Assembly: GCA_965215195.1 (NCBI GenBank)
Contig: CBDCDC010000002.1
Span: forward strand, 448,001-512,000
From: Candidatus Latescibacterota bacterium
GTDB lineage: Bacteria > Latescibacterota > UBA2968 > UBA8231
Direction: 5' to 3'
Length of the DNA stretch: 64,000 nucleotides
Part shown: piece after piece, positions 1-8,991 of the stretch
Position numbering within the stretch: position 1 is the stretch's first letter
Layout: each line of letters begins with the position of its first letter
Program-made: the position numbers and the translations under genes
Notes under the pieces: generated by a model
Told to the model about the DNA's origin: nothing
What the model saw: the letters and a program-made list of their open reading frames with translations, nothing else
The model's database searches: none

Positions 1-269
1 ATCAACCAAATCTCCCCCCCGTACTGATCGTCGTCAAAAACTACGCCGATATAGGCGATCTTCGTGCCATCCGGGGACCAAGCCGGACTAGCGCAATCCC
101 GTCCTTGGGTCAGGTTTACGGGGTTGCTCCCGTCCGCATTCATAATCCAAACGTCAGAGTGCCCCTCGCGGTGGGAGATAAACGCTATTTTGCCAGCGGC
201 TTGTCCCCAGCCAGCGGCGGCCAGCCCCAGCGTTGCCAAGCAGACGATAAACATGGATCGAGAGTTCAT
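1..269 (-). CDS. TolB-like/PD40 beta-propeller secreted protein (runs off the window's left edge)
   Basis: Manual translation: MNSRSMFIVCLATLGLAAAGWGQAAGKIAFISHREGHSDVWIMNADGSNPVNLTQGRDCASPAWSPDGTKIAY. Signal peptide, PD40-type 'PAWSPDG' motif, GGAG upstream of the ATG. Confidence 0.8.
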   Translation of the reverse strand, partial: MNSRSMFIVCLATLGLAAAGWGQAAGKIAFISHREGHSDVWIMNADGSNPVNLTQGRDCASPAWSPDGTKIAYIGVVFDDDQYGGEIWL

Positions 270-388
270 AACGCGGCTCCTTTAATAAGGTGAATAGGGC
301 AGGTTGTAATCTAAACCCTTAGTACACGCCACCTAAAGTAGGCGACCCTTACTTTGATACGCCTTTTCTGCTGTTACCGATGGGTCCG

Positions 389-435
389 AGATCGAGGGCG
401 TCCCGCCCGCGGCGAGGGCAAGATGCCCTCGATCC
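389..435. repeat. REP-like palindromic element
   Basis: GATCGAGGGCGTC...GATGCCCTCGATC hairpin; AGATCGAGGGCGTCCC recurs at 5759. Confidence 0.55.
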
Positions 436-515
436 TTGGCAGGCTGAGGGCTGGTGTCGTGTAGTAACCCTAAACCAATATAGAGCGTATCGGTTCCTGC
501 TGTTTCGGCGGCGCA

Positions 516-1328
516 CTAGACGAAATTGACGAAATCGTGGCGCACCCACAGCAGGTTGATCAGCCCCAGCACAAACCCCGCAATGACCAGCCACTTGAGA
601 CGGCTACCGTGCCGACGGCCAATGCCGCGCAAATAGAGATAGATACCAAAGGCGAACCACGTCGGCAGGGCCAGCCAGATTTTGGCATCCGCGCCCGCGA
701 GATATTCGCCCGGCGCACCAAAGAGCCAAATCGCGCCCATGCCCAAGCCCAAGGTAAAGAGCGAAAAGCCCCCGCCGGCAAAGCGAAAGGTCGCCGCGGC
801 AGCCGTGTCGAGCGCGGGTAGATAGCTGTTGAGCCGCCCCTTTTTTAGAGCTTGGTGTTGAACGAGGTAGCCGACTGCCGCGCAGAACGCCAGCGCAAAG
901 CCCACGTGCCCGAGCAGCGTTAGGACCACGTGGATGCCGAGGAAGGGATATTCCACTAAGATCGACTCGGCCTCCTCAAAGCGGACGGGCAACAGCAGCG
1001 GGTAGAGCAGGCCGAGAAAGGCGAGGGGCGCGGTCAGCAGCCCGAGGTGGCGAATGCGCGCATAGCGCTCGCCGAGCAGGCCCGCAACCACCAAGGCCAA
1101 GACCAGCGAGGCGATGATTACCAACATGTTGGCGAAGAGGGCTTGGCCGGAAAGCGCGAAGTGCAGCCCTATGCTGATCGCGTGTACAGCCAACCCCAAC
1201 TTCAGGCTCTTGCGCCCCAGCGCGTCCCAGCCGCTCTTGTGCCAGAGGAAGTGCCCTTGAAACAGCAGCGCGGCAGCCAAGTAAAACGCCAAGGCCGCGA
1301 CGAGGGAAGCAAGGCAAAACGTCGTCAC
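516..1328 (-). CDS. Cytochrome c assembly protein (CcsA/HemX-like membrane protein)
   Basis: Multiple TM helices, 'GIHVVLTLLG' His motif, 'LPALDT', Trp-containing loop; overlaps the hemA stop, as in hemA-hemX operons. Confidence 0.8.
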   Translation of the reverse strand: MTTFCLASLVAALAFYLAAALLFQGHFLWHKSGWDALGRKSLKLGLAVHAISIGLHFALSGQALFANMLVIIASLVLALVVAGLLGERYARIRHLGLLTAPLAFLGLLYPLLLPVRFEEAESILVEYPFLGIHVVLTLLGHVGFALAFCAAVGYLVQHQALKKGRLNSYLPALDTAAAATFRFAGGGFSLFTLGLGMGAIWLFGAPGEYLAGADAKIWLALPTWFAFGIYLYLRGIGRRHGSRLKWLVIAGFVLGLINLLWVRHDFVNFV

Positions 1329-2608
1329 GCCTCTTCCTCCTCGGCCTCAGTGTCGAGCCGAAAGAGGCGGCGCACCGTATCGAGGCGGACGTAGCCCTCG
1401 TCGTCGTTGGCGAACTCGCGGATCTGCACGAGCGGGTCGTGCAGGAGCTTGTTGGTGTACCCGCGCAAGATGCCCTCGACGAGCTGGCGCTCGGCCTCGG
1501 CGAGCGAGCCGAGTTGGGCGGCCCAGCGCGCGAGTTCCTGCTCTTGTAGGTGAGCGGCGCGCTGGCGCAAAGCGCGGATTAGTGGGCCGGTGCCCAAGGC
1601 GTTGAACCAGTGCAAAAACTCCTTTAGCTCGTGGTCGATAATGGCTTGCACGCAGCGTATCTCCCCCTCGCGCTCTTGGCGATTGGCAGCGACGACTTGC
1701 TCTAGATTATCTACATCGAACAGGAAAACGTTGTCCATGTCGCGCACGGCTGGGTCGATGTCGCGCGGCACGGCAATGTCGATGAGGAACAGCGGGCGTC
1801 CTCGGCGTTGCTCCATGGCCCGGCGCAAGTCAGTGGGCCGGATGACGTAGCCCGTAGCCGCAGTCGCCGAGATGACAATGTCGACGACTGCGAGTTGAGC
1901 GGCCCGTTCCTCAAAGGGCACGGCCTCGCCGCCCAAGCGGCTGGCCAAGGACTGGGCGCGGGCAAAAGTGCGGCTGCCGACCAAGAGCCGCTCGACGCCA
2001 GCGTCGCTCAAGTACTGGGCCGTGAGCGCACCCATCTCGCCGGCGCCGATTAAGAGCGCGCAGCAGCCGGTCAGGTTTTCAAAGACTTGACCGGCCAGCT
2101 CAACCGCGGCCGTACTAATCGACAGCCGGCCGCGGCCAATATCGGTTTCGGCGCGTGCGCGCTTGCCCACGCGCAGCGAGCGCTGAAAAAGCTCGTTGAG
2201 CAACAGGCGCGCCGAGCCGTTTTGCTGGGCCACTTCCAGTGCGCGGCGCACTTGCCCGAGTATCTGGGACTCGCCGACCACGAGGGAGTCAATGCCGCTG
2301 GCGACGCGAAAAAGGTGAATGGCCGCGGCTGAGTCGTTGAGCTGGTAGAAGTGGGGTTCGAGGGCCTCGATGTCTAAGCCTTGGCATTCGGCGAGGAAGC
2401 GGCGCACTTGGACTAGCCCGCTGTCGCCAGCGGCAGCCAAGTACAGCTCGGAGCGGTTGCAGGTGGAGAGAATGGCCGCCTCGTGCAGCCCGTAGTCGCC
2501 GACGAGCCGGGCGAGAGCCGAGGGCTGGTCGCTTTCGGGGAAGGCCAGCCGCTCGCGGATTTCCACCGGCGCGGTGCGGTGATTGATTCCCAAAGTTAGT
2601 ATATGCAC
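1325..2608 (-). CDS. hemA: Glutamyl-tRNA reductase
   Basis: 'GINHRTAPVEIRERLAF', 'LSTCNRSE', 'GIDSLVVGESQILGQV', 'IGAGEMG', 'IDIAVPRDID'. Confidence 0.97.
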   Translation of the reverse strand: MHILTLGINHRTAPVEIRERLAFPESDQPSALARLVGDYGLHEAAILSTCNRSELYLAAAGDSGLVQVRRFLAECQGLDIEALEPHFYQLNDSAAAIHLFRVASGIDSLVVGESQILGQVRRALEVAQQNGSARLLLNELFQRSLRVGKRARAETDIGRGRLSISTAAVELAGQVFENLTGCCALLIGAGEMGALTAQYLSDAGVERLLVGSRTFARAQSLASRLGGEAVPFEERAAQLAVVDIVISATAATGYVIRPTDLRRAMEQRRGRPLFLIDIAVPRDIDPAVRDMDNVFLFDVDNLEQVVAANRQEREGEIRCVQAIIDHELKEFLHWFNALGTGPLIRALRQRAAHLQEQELARWAAQLGSLAEAERQLVEGILRGYTNKLLHDPLVQIREFANDDEGYVRLDTVRRLFRLDTEAEEEEA

Positions 2609-2676
2609 ATCCGTAAAAGTACTTATTTACAACCTGTGGGGAAACCGCGAACCCAACACGCGAAAGGAATGCAGCC

Positions 2677-3528
2677 ATGGTCAAATACTTGCTGGTCGGC
2701 TTGGTGCTCCTAGGCGCGGCAGCCGATGCCGGGGCCGGGGCTTGGACCTTGCAGCGAGGCCAGCTCTGGGGCAAGCTCACGTATTTTCAGCAGCGCACAC
2801 AGGAGTGGTACGTCGGCAAGGGCCGCTTTGGCGCGCCCGGCACCCGCGCCCGCTACGACTTTGACGGGCAATACGAATCGCGGGCCGTCTTTGCCGAGGG
2901 CCTGTACGGCGTCACCGACCGCCTAGATCTCGGCTTGCAAGTGCCCTATTTCGATCAATCCTTCACCGCGTTTGCCGAACCCCGCACAGATACCGGCCTG
3001 AGCGACATCCGCGCCTTGGCCAAGTTTCGCCTCTTGGCCAAGCCCTTGGTCCTCGCGCTCAAGGCCAGCGTCAAGGTGCCGACCGGAGCGTTCAAAAACG
3101 AAGACGGGCTAATTCCGGTGGGCGAAGGGCAGTGGGACTTCGACTTCATCGGGCAGGTGGGGCGCTCCTTGTGGCCGCTACCCCTGTACGGCAACATCGA
3201 CCTCGGCTATCGCGTCCGCACCCGCAACGAGCAGATCGACCGCGACCCGGGCGACGAGTGGTTCCTCAACGCCGAGGTGGGCTATCAGCTCGTACGTCAG
3301 CTCACGCTGATGGGCAAATACGAGGCGATCCGCAGCGATCCGGCGGTCGTCTTCGGCGGCATTGAGGCCGAGATCAAGCGCATCACGTACCTGACGCCGG
3401 CCCTGCTCTACGCCGTTGGTCGGCGCACAATGGTCGAGGCGGCCGTGCGCTTCTCGCTCAACGGGCGCAATTTTCCGGCCGGGCGACAGCTCGTCTTGGG
3501 ACTAGCGACGACGTTGGGAAGCGGCTAG
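2677..3528 (+). CDS. Putative outer-membrane beta-barrel protein
   Basis: Signal peptide, amphipathic strands, 'YGVTDRLDLGLQVPY', 'GLSDI', 'KVPTG', 'GEGQWD'. Confidence 0.6.
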   Translation: MVKYLLVGLVLLGAAADAGAGAWTLQRGQLWGKLTYFQQRTQEWYVGKGRFGAPGTRARYDFDGQYESRAVFAEGLYGVTDRLDLGLQVPYFDQSFTAFAEPRTDTGLSDIRALAKFRLLAKPLVLALKASVKVPTGAFKNEDGLIPVGEGQWDFDFIGQVGRSLWPLPLYGNIDLGYRVRTRNEQIDRDPGDEWFLNAEVGYQLVRQLTLMGKYEAIRSDPAVVFGGIEAEIKRITYLTPALLYAVGRRTMVEAAVRFSLNGRNFPAGRQLVLGLATTLGSG

Positions 3529-5189
3529 CGGCGCAGCTTGGCCAAGCGCTGTTGGATGGCCGCAGCCATGTCTGGCCGCTGGCGAAGGACGGCGTCGAAG
3601 TGGGGCTTGGCCGCGGCCGAGCGGCCCAGCATCTCCAACACCAAGCCCAAGTTGAAATGGGCCTCGGCAAAATCCGGGTTGCGCTGCAAAGCCCGTTCAA
3701 AGTGGGCGATGGCCCGCTCCCACTGGCGGCCTTGAGCCAGCGCGATGCCAAAGTTCACGTGCGCTTCCGGGTAGTCCGGGTTGTATTTTAGCGCCAGCTC
3801 AAAGTGCTCCAGCGCCAAAGGACGCTGGCCCGAGCGCATGTAGAACATGGCCAAGGTGTGGCGGGTGTCCCAGTCTCGGGGGTCGGCTTCGAGCAGCTTC
3901 TTGTAGCCGTCGATTTCCTGCCCCAGCCACTTGCGGTAGAAGTCGCGGCGGAGCCGCTCCAAGTCCTCGGGACGGCGTGGCAAAAGCTGCAGCGTCAGGT
4001 CGCCCATCTCATCGGTTGAGTGCAGCCCGTAGCGCACTCGCACGGGTGGGTCGTGCGGGTTGCGGGGATTTTGCGCGGAGTTGTCGTACGCGTATTCCAT
4101 GACCAGCGTCGAGCCAGCCGGCAGGAAAACGGGCGAGGAAAATCGGTAGTCGTCCTGCCAGCTAAAGTCCCAGTCCTCAATATAGATGAGCCACTCCCGC
4201 TCTTGGTTGGGCAACTCGGCGTACGCCCGGATTTCCCGGCCGAGGTAATGGGCGTGCGGGTAGATGGTCAGGACCTCGACGTCCACGGGCAGCAGGTACG
4301 CATCGCGGATCCAATAGTCGCTCGCGCCAGCCGGTATATCTAGGTCCTTGCGGCCCAAGCGCAGCATGGCCGGGCGTCTCTTCGGCGGAGCATCGGCAAA
4401 GAACAGGCCGACGCGGGCCTCAATGGATTCCTCCTTGCCGGTCGGCAACATGTGCAACTGTAGCAGCAAGTCTGTGCCCGGATCGAGCCGCCAGGCCAAG
4501 GTGTCGCTGCCGGGGTACGGGGTCTTGCCTTGGGTCCAGCCGAGAAAGTGCCCGTCGGCGTCCTCGGCCTCGCCAAAGCTCATGCCGTCAAAGCCCGGGG
4601 CACCGTCGCGCCCGTCCCGCCGCCGTGCCGCGCCGCTGCGGTCGATCATCATGGTGGCGTGGTGGACGATGCGGGCGTTGCCCGGCTTGAACTCTAGGGC
4701 CTTGACGTAGCGAGTTGAGTCAACGGGCAGCGGGATGGCGAAGTTGCGGAAGACATCTGGGCCATCGGCCCGCAAGGTGTAGGCCGATGTCATGGAGGCG
4801 ATCAAGTCGGGCTCGCCCAGCTCCCACTCGCCCTCCCACTGGGGCAGCGGCGGCCGGTCGGCGGGCTGGCCCTCCTGCTTGCCGCGGTCGACCCAGCGGC
4901 GGATCGCGGCGATCTGCGCCGCGCTCAAGCCGCGCTCGCCGGCAAAGCGACCGTAGCCGCGCTTGGGCTTCCACGGCGGCATGTAGCGGCTCTCGGTGAC
5001 AAAGGCGATTTGCGCGGCGCGCGCGCTCACATCCGCATAGCTGAGCAAGTCAAAGGGGGCCGGGCCAGCCGGGCGGTGGCAGGGGGCGCAGTGCTGAAAG
5101 ACGATCGGGGCAATGTCGCGGTTGAAGGTCGGGATTTCTCCGCCTCCACTGCATCCAACGCAGGCCAAGAGTAGCCAATAGCGCGTCAT
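3525..5189 (-). CDS. Cytochrome c / copper type II monooxygenase-like protein with C-terminal TPR repeats
   Basis: Start reassigned to MTRYWLLLACVGC. CxxCH 'CAPCH'; Cu-ligand motifs 'VHHA', 'QLHM', 'HAH', 'DEM'; TPRs 'NPDYPEAHVNFG', 'NPDFAEAHFNLG'. Confidence 0.8.
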   Translation of the reverse strand: MTRYWLLLACVGCSGGGEIPTFNRDIAPIVFQHCAPCHRPAGPAPFDLLSYADVSARAAQIAFVTESRYMPPWKPKRGYGRFAGERGLSAAQIAAIRRWVDRGKQEGQPADRPPLPQWEGEWELGEPDLIASMTSAYTLRADGPDVFRNFAIPLPVDSTRYVKALEFKPGNARIVHHATMMIDRSGAARRRDGRDGAPGFDGMSFGEAEDADGHFLGWTQGKTPYPGSDTLAWRLDPGTDLLLQLHMLPTGKEESIEARVGLFFADAPPKRRPAMLRLGRKDLDIPAGASDYWIRDAYLLPVDVEVLTIYPHAHYLGREIRAYAELPNQEREWLIYIEDWDFSWQDDYRFSSPVFLPAGSTLVMEYAYDNSAQNPRNPHDPPVRVRYGLHSTDEMGDLTLQLLPRRPEDLERLRRDFYRKWLGQEIDGYKKLLEADPRDWDTRHTLAMFYMRSGQRPLALEHFELALKYNPDYPEAHVNFGIALAQGRQWERAIAHFERALQRNPDFAEAHFNLGLVLEMLGRSAAAKPHFDAVLRQRPDMAAAIQQRLAKLRR

Positions 5190-5731
5190 CGCAGGTCGGC
5201 GATAAAGCAGCCAATCGCCTCGGTGGCGCTCGGATCCGCGGGGCGGCCGGCGAGGGCGGCTTCTAGGGCGTTTGCGAGGTCGCTGCGGGTCGGCTGCGGC
5301 CGCACTTGGTCCAAGGCCGTGTAGCGGTCGTCGATGCGGCCCCGATAGACTACGTTGCCGCGCGCACCTAAAACTACGGCTTCTGGGGTCGCGGTCGCGC
5401 CGACTCTTTTGACGAGGGCGTGCTGCACGTCCCGCAGGGCTTGGCCCGGCAAGCCGTATTCTCGGGCGTGGCGGCGGATGGCGGCCACATCCTCGCGGCG
5501 GTCGGGGTACACCAAGTAGAACGCCACGCCTTGCGGCTGAAAGCGGGCGTGGAGACGCGCTATGGTCGGGGCGTAGCGGTTGGAGATGGGGCAATCGGTC
5601 TGGACGAAGAGCAAGACTGCAACTGGAGCGCGGGTGGCAAAGGGATCGACCGGGTTGCCGGCTAAGTCGAGGGCTTGGGGGGGGTCGGCGCGGCAGCCCA
5701 GCAGCAGGGGCGCGAGAATAGCTAAGAACAT
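5186..5731 (-). CDS. Redoxin/thioredoxin-like lipoprotein
   Basis: Start MFLAILAPLLLGC (lipobox); 'DCPISNRY', 'ATPEA', 'YRGRIDD', 'AIGC'; translationally coupled to the monooxygenase gene. Confidence 0.8.
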   Translation of the reverse strand: MFLAILAPLLLGCRADPPQALDLAGNPVDPFATRAPVAVLLFVQTDCPISNRYAPTIARLHARFQPQGVAFYLVYPDRREDVAAIRRHAREYGLPGQALRDVQHALVKRVGATATPEAVVLGARGNVVYRGRIDDRYTALDQVRPQPTRSDLANALEAALAGRPADPSATEAIGCFIADLR

Positions 5732-5912
5732 AGGTACACGACCGTAGGGCCTACCCTCAGATCGAGGGCGTCCCACAGGCCCGCGCTCCCCAAGCGACAG
5801 CAAAAAACGCCGACTAAGATCAGGGATCGTGTAGTAAGCTAAGAACATGTAAAAAAGAAAACAGATATTGGACGCGGACGGCAAGGCTGCCGATTTTCGC
5901 TTTTATTGGCTA

Positions 5913-5942
5913 GGGAATGCTTTTGGCCCCTACATTGTCTAA
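5913..5942 (+). promoter_or_regulatory. ECF sigma promoter (GGGAATG-N17-GTCTAA), upstream of the sigma gene
   Basis: The same motif with the same spacing recurs at 7314-7343. Confidence 0.7.
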
Positions 5943-5955
5943 CATGTCGGAGCAA

Positions 5956-6510
5956 ATGGGCACAGACCGCGCCCTGATCGACCAAGCGCGTGCCGGCGAC
6001 GAAGCGGCCTTGCGCACCCTAATTGAGCGCTATGAGCCTCAAGTGGCTGCCACAGTCGTGGGCATGTTGGGGCCGGGCGACGAGGCCGACGACGTGGGGC
6101 AGGAGACCTTTGTCCGCTTCTACCAATCGCTGGACAAGTTTCGCGGCGACGCAGCGCTGGGCACCTATTTGACGCGCATCGCCATCAACCTCTCGCTCAA
6201 CGCGCTAGAGCGCCGCAAGCGGCAGCGCTGGCGCTTCTGGAGCCGCGACGACGAGCAGGCCCCGCCCGAGCCGAGCGTCGATGGCCGCGACGACCAGGCC
6301 ACACGCGAGCGCGAGCAAGCAGTGCAGGCGGCCCTCGCCCAGCTCAAACCAGCTTTTCGGGCGGTGGTGGTGCTGCGGATGATCGAGGGCTATTCTACGA
6401 AGGAGACGGCCGCGCTGTTGGAGATCGCCGAGGGCACGGTGCTCTCGCGGCTTTCGCGCGGCCTGAAACAACTAGAGACCTTCCTCAAAGCCGAGGACCT
6501 GTATGACTGA
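5956..6510 (+). CDS. ECF RNA polymerase sigma-70 factor
   Basis: Region 2 'EADDVGQETF..FRGDAALGTYLTRIAIN' and region 4 'YSTKETAALLEIAEGTVLSRLSRG'. Start placed downstream of the promoter; alternatives are 5917 and 5944. Confidence 0.9.
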   Translation: MGTDRALIDQARAGDEAALRTLIERYEPQVAATVVGMLGPGDEADDVGQETFVRFYQSLDKFRGDAALGTYLTRIAINLSLNALERRKRQRWRFWSRDDEQAPPEPSVDGRDDQATREREQAVQAALAQLKPAFRAVVVLRMIEGYSTKETAALLEIAEGTVLSRLSRGLKQLETFLKAEDLYD

Positions 6511-6913
6511 CAGCTATCGCAGCGAAATGCTCCGGGCGCTGACCGGCGAATTGACCGCACGCGAGCGCGAGGCATTCGAGCGCGTCCTAGCCACTGACGA
6601 CGCGCTCCGCGCCGAATGGGAGCGCCTGCAAAAAGTCAGCGGCCTTTTGCGGGAAAGCCGCGCCGAATCGTTCCAGCCGTTCTTTGCCGCTCGCGTGGCG
6701 CAGCGCGTCAAAAGCCAGCGCGAGGAAAGCCTAACCGACGCCCTCGTGTGGCTCTTTCGCCCCCTCGCTCCGGTCGCCTTAGCACTGGTTGCCTTTTTGG
6801 CGCTGAGCAATTGGAACGAGCGCGAGCTCATCGGCGACGACGCCTCGTTCCTCGCCGCGATTTTCGCGGCCGTGCCGGCCACGGCCGAAGCGGCTTACGT
6901 AATGGAAATGTGA
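6503..6913 (+). CDS. Anti-sigma factor (single TM)
   Basis: Overlaps the sigma stop; 'GELTAREREAFERVL' N-terminal domain followed by a TM helix. Confidence 0.7.
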   Translation: MTDSYRSEMLRALTGELTAREREAFERVLATDDALRAEWERLQKVSGLLRESRAESFQPFFAARVAQRVKSQREESLTDALVWLFRPLAPVALALVAFLALSNWNERELIGDDASFLAAIFAAVPATAEAAYVMEM

Positions 6914-6914
6914 C

Positions 6915-7325
6915 ATGCAAAAGAGAACCAAAGGCGCGCTCATTCTCTTTAGCACCCTGCTCATCGGCGTTCTGATCGGCGCGCTGCTCTCCGGTTGGTT
7001 TGTCCGCGACCGGCTGCGGCCCATCCCGCATCCCCGCCACTTCGCCCGCAGCACCGAGCGGTTGATCGCGCCGCAGGACGAAGAGCAGCGCCGAGCCGTG
7101 CGGGCCGTGCTGCGGCGATACGCTGCAACGCTCCGCGCCCTCGACGCCAAGCACCGGGAGGCACTAAAGGAGCAGCTGGATGCGTCGCGGGCCGAGCTGG
7201 CCCCCCTGTTGTCTGCGGAGCAACTGCGGCGGCTGGATCGGCGGCAGCGGCGCTTCGGGGAGCTGATGGGGCCTTGGCGCGAGCGGCAGCGGCACAAAAA
7301 AGTGAAACCGAGCGGGAATGAATAG
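6915..7325 (+). CDS. Membrane-anchored periplasmic sensor (helical, Spy/CpxP-like)
   Basis: N-terminal TM, helical domain, 'LLSAEQ' LTxxQ-like motif; third gene of the ECF operon. Confidence 0.6.
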   Translation: MQKRTKGALILFSTLLIGVLIGALLSGWFVRDRLRPIPHPRHFARSTERLIAPQDEEQRRAVRAVLRRYAATLRALDAKHREALKEQLDASRAELAPLLSAEQLRRLDRRQRRFGELMGPWRERQRHKKVKPSGNE

Positions 7326-7343
7326 CATCAAGCGGTGGTCTAA
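7314..7343 (+). promoter_or_regulatory. ECF sigma promoter (GGGAATG-N17-GTCTAA), upstream of the Spy-like gene
   Basis: Exact repeat of the -35/-10 boxes and spacing seen at 5913-5942. Confidence 0.7.
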
Positions 7344-7433
7344 TGGGGCGTAGAGAAGAGAAATGGCCGTTTCTCACGCGCCGCCGACTCGGGGCGGCGA
7401 ACCCAAACAACCACCCAACGCGGAGAAAGAAAC

Positions 7434-7994
7434 GTGAAAAAGAAATGGATCATCTCAGCCGGCGTCGTCCTGACACTCGGTGCGCTCGTCACCGTAGCAA
7501 CGGCCGAGCGCGGGGAAAAGATGCGGGCGCAGATGCTGGAGCATCTCGACCTGACCGACGAGCAGCAGGAGCAACTGAAAGAGTTGCGCGAGCAGCAGGC
7601 GGAAACCATGCGTGAGCAGCGCGCCCTGCGCGAAGCCATGATGAACATTTTGACCGACGAGCAGCAGGCCACCTTAAAAGAAATGCGCAGCAAGCGCGGC
7701 AAATTTTTCGGCCGGCGCGGCTGGGAGGGCAAGAGTCGGCACGACATGCGGCGCGGCGGTAAAAATTGGCACGACGCGCGGCGCAGTGCCCAAGGCGCGT
7801 TCTCAAGGCTGGACCTGACCGACGAGCAGAAGGAACAGCTTAGGGAATTGCGCAAGGAGCAGAGCACAGAGATGCGCGCAACGCGCCAAAAGCACCGCAC
7901 GGCCTTGGAAAGCGTCTTGACCGATGAGCAACGCGAAAAGCTCGAAGAGATGAAGGACGAGGCGTTTTACGGCGGCAGGTACGGGTTCAGGTAG
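7434..7994 (+). CDS. Spy/CpxP family periplasmic chaperone
   Basis: Signal peptide; four LTDEQ motifs, two of them in 'LDLTDEQ..QL.ELR'. Confidence 0.85.
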   Translation: MKKKWIISAGVVLTLGALVTVATAERGEKMRAQMLEHLDLTDEQQEQLKELREQQAETMREQRALREAMMNILTDEQQATLKEMRSKRGKFFGRRGWEGKSRHDMRRGGKNWHDARRSAQGAFSRLDLTDEQKEQLRELRKEQSTEMRATRQKHRTALESVLTDEQREKLEEMKDEAFYGGRYGFR

Positions 7995-8004
7995 TAAGCG
8001 GCAG

Positions 8005-8032
8005 GCTGGGGCGATGCAACATTCGCCCCAGC
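8005..8032 (+). terminator. Stem-loop after the Spy-like gene
   Basis: GCTGGGGCGA-8nt-TCGCCCCAGC; weak U-tail. Confidence 0.5.
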
Positions 8033-8136
8033 TGCGTCCTTGTACAACGTCCATTACCCGATTTGGTAGAGCCCCCTTTTTTCGGTATATTTTGCCATAC
8101 TCCTAACCCCTAAAACGACGCGCTCTCGAGCTTCTT

Positions 8137-8979
8137 ATGATAATTGACTCGCACACCCACGCTTGGGAATACTGGCCCTACGAGCCGCCCGTGCCCGATC
8201 ACAACAGCCGCGGCCGGGCCGAGCAACTGCTGTGGGAAATGGACCGCCACGGCGTCGATAAGGCCGTGCTGGTCTGCGCCCGCATTGAGCACAATCCCCA
8301 CAACAACGACTACGTCGCCGAACAAGTCCGCGCCCATCCAAATCGCTTGGTGCAATTCGCCGACGTGGATTGCTCGTGGTCGGAAGAATACCACACCCGA
8401 GGCGCGGCCGAGCGGCTCAAAGCGGCCGCGGCAAAATACCACCTCAAGGGCTATACTCACTACGTAAAGAGCGACACCGAGTGGTTCGCATCCGCGGACG
8501 GGCTCGCGTTTTTCAGGGCCACAGCCGATCTGAATCTGATCGCCAGCTTGGCCTTGGGGCCGCAGTGGCAGCCGGCCCTGCGCGAGCTGGCGCGGCGCTT
8601 TCCGTCGGTGCCTTTTCTCTGTCACCACATGGCCGGGGCCAACGCGCGCGAGGAAGCGCCGCACCACAATCTGCAGGAGATTCTGCGCTCGGCCGAGGTG
8701 CCCAACATCTACATCAAGCTCTCGGGTTTTCACTACGCTTCGCACGTCTCGTGGGATTACCCCTACTCGGACACGCACCACATCGTGCGCCAGCTCTACG
8801 AGCACTTCGGCCCCCAACGGCTGTGCTGGGGCTCGGATTACCCAGTGGTGCGATTCAACATGACCTATCAGCACGCGCTCGAAGCATTCCGCACGCACTG
8901 CGCGTTCGTACCAGACGCGCACAAGCGCCTAATTTTGGGCCAGAACTTGGCCGGCCTGCTCGACCGAGCCGGCACTTGA
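8137..8979 (+). CDS. Amidohydrolase_2 family protein
   Basis: 'IIDSHTH', 'CHHMA', 'IKLSG', 'RLCWGSDYP'. Confidence 0.9.
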   Translation: MIIDSHTHAWEYWPYEPPVPDHNSRGRAEQLLWEMDRHGVDKAVLVCARIEHNPHNNDYVAEQVRAHPNRLVQFADVDCSWSEEYHTRGAAERLKAAAAKYHLKGYTHYVKSDTEWFASADGLAFFRATADLNLIASLALGPQWQPALRELARRFPSVPFLCHHMAGANAREEAPHHNLQEILRSAEVPNIYIKLSGFHYASHVSWDYPYSDTHHIVRQLYEHFGPQRLCWGSDYPVVRFNMTYQHALEAFRTHCAFVPDAHKRLILGQNLAGLLDRAGT

Positions 8980-8991
8980 CCCGTCCCGCAG

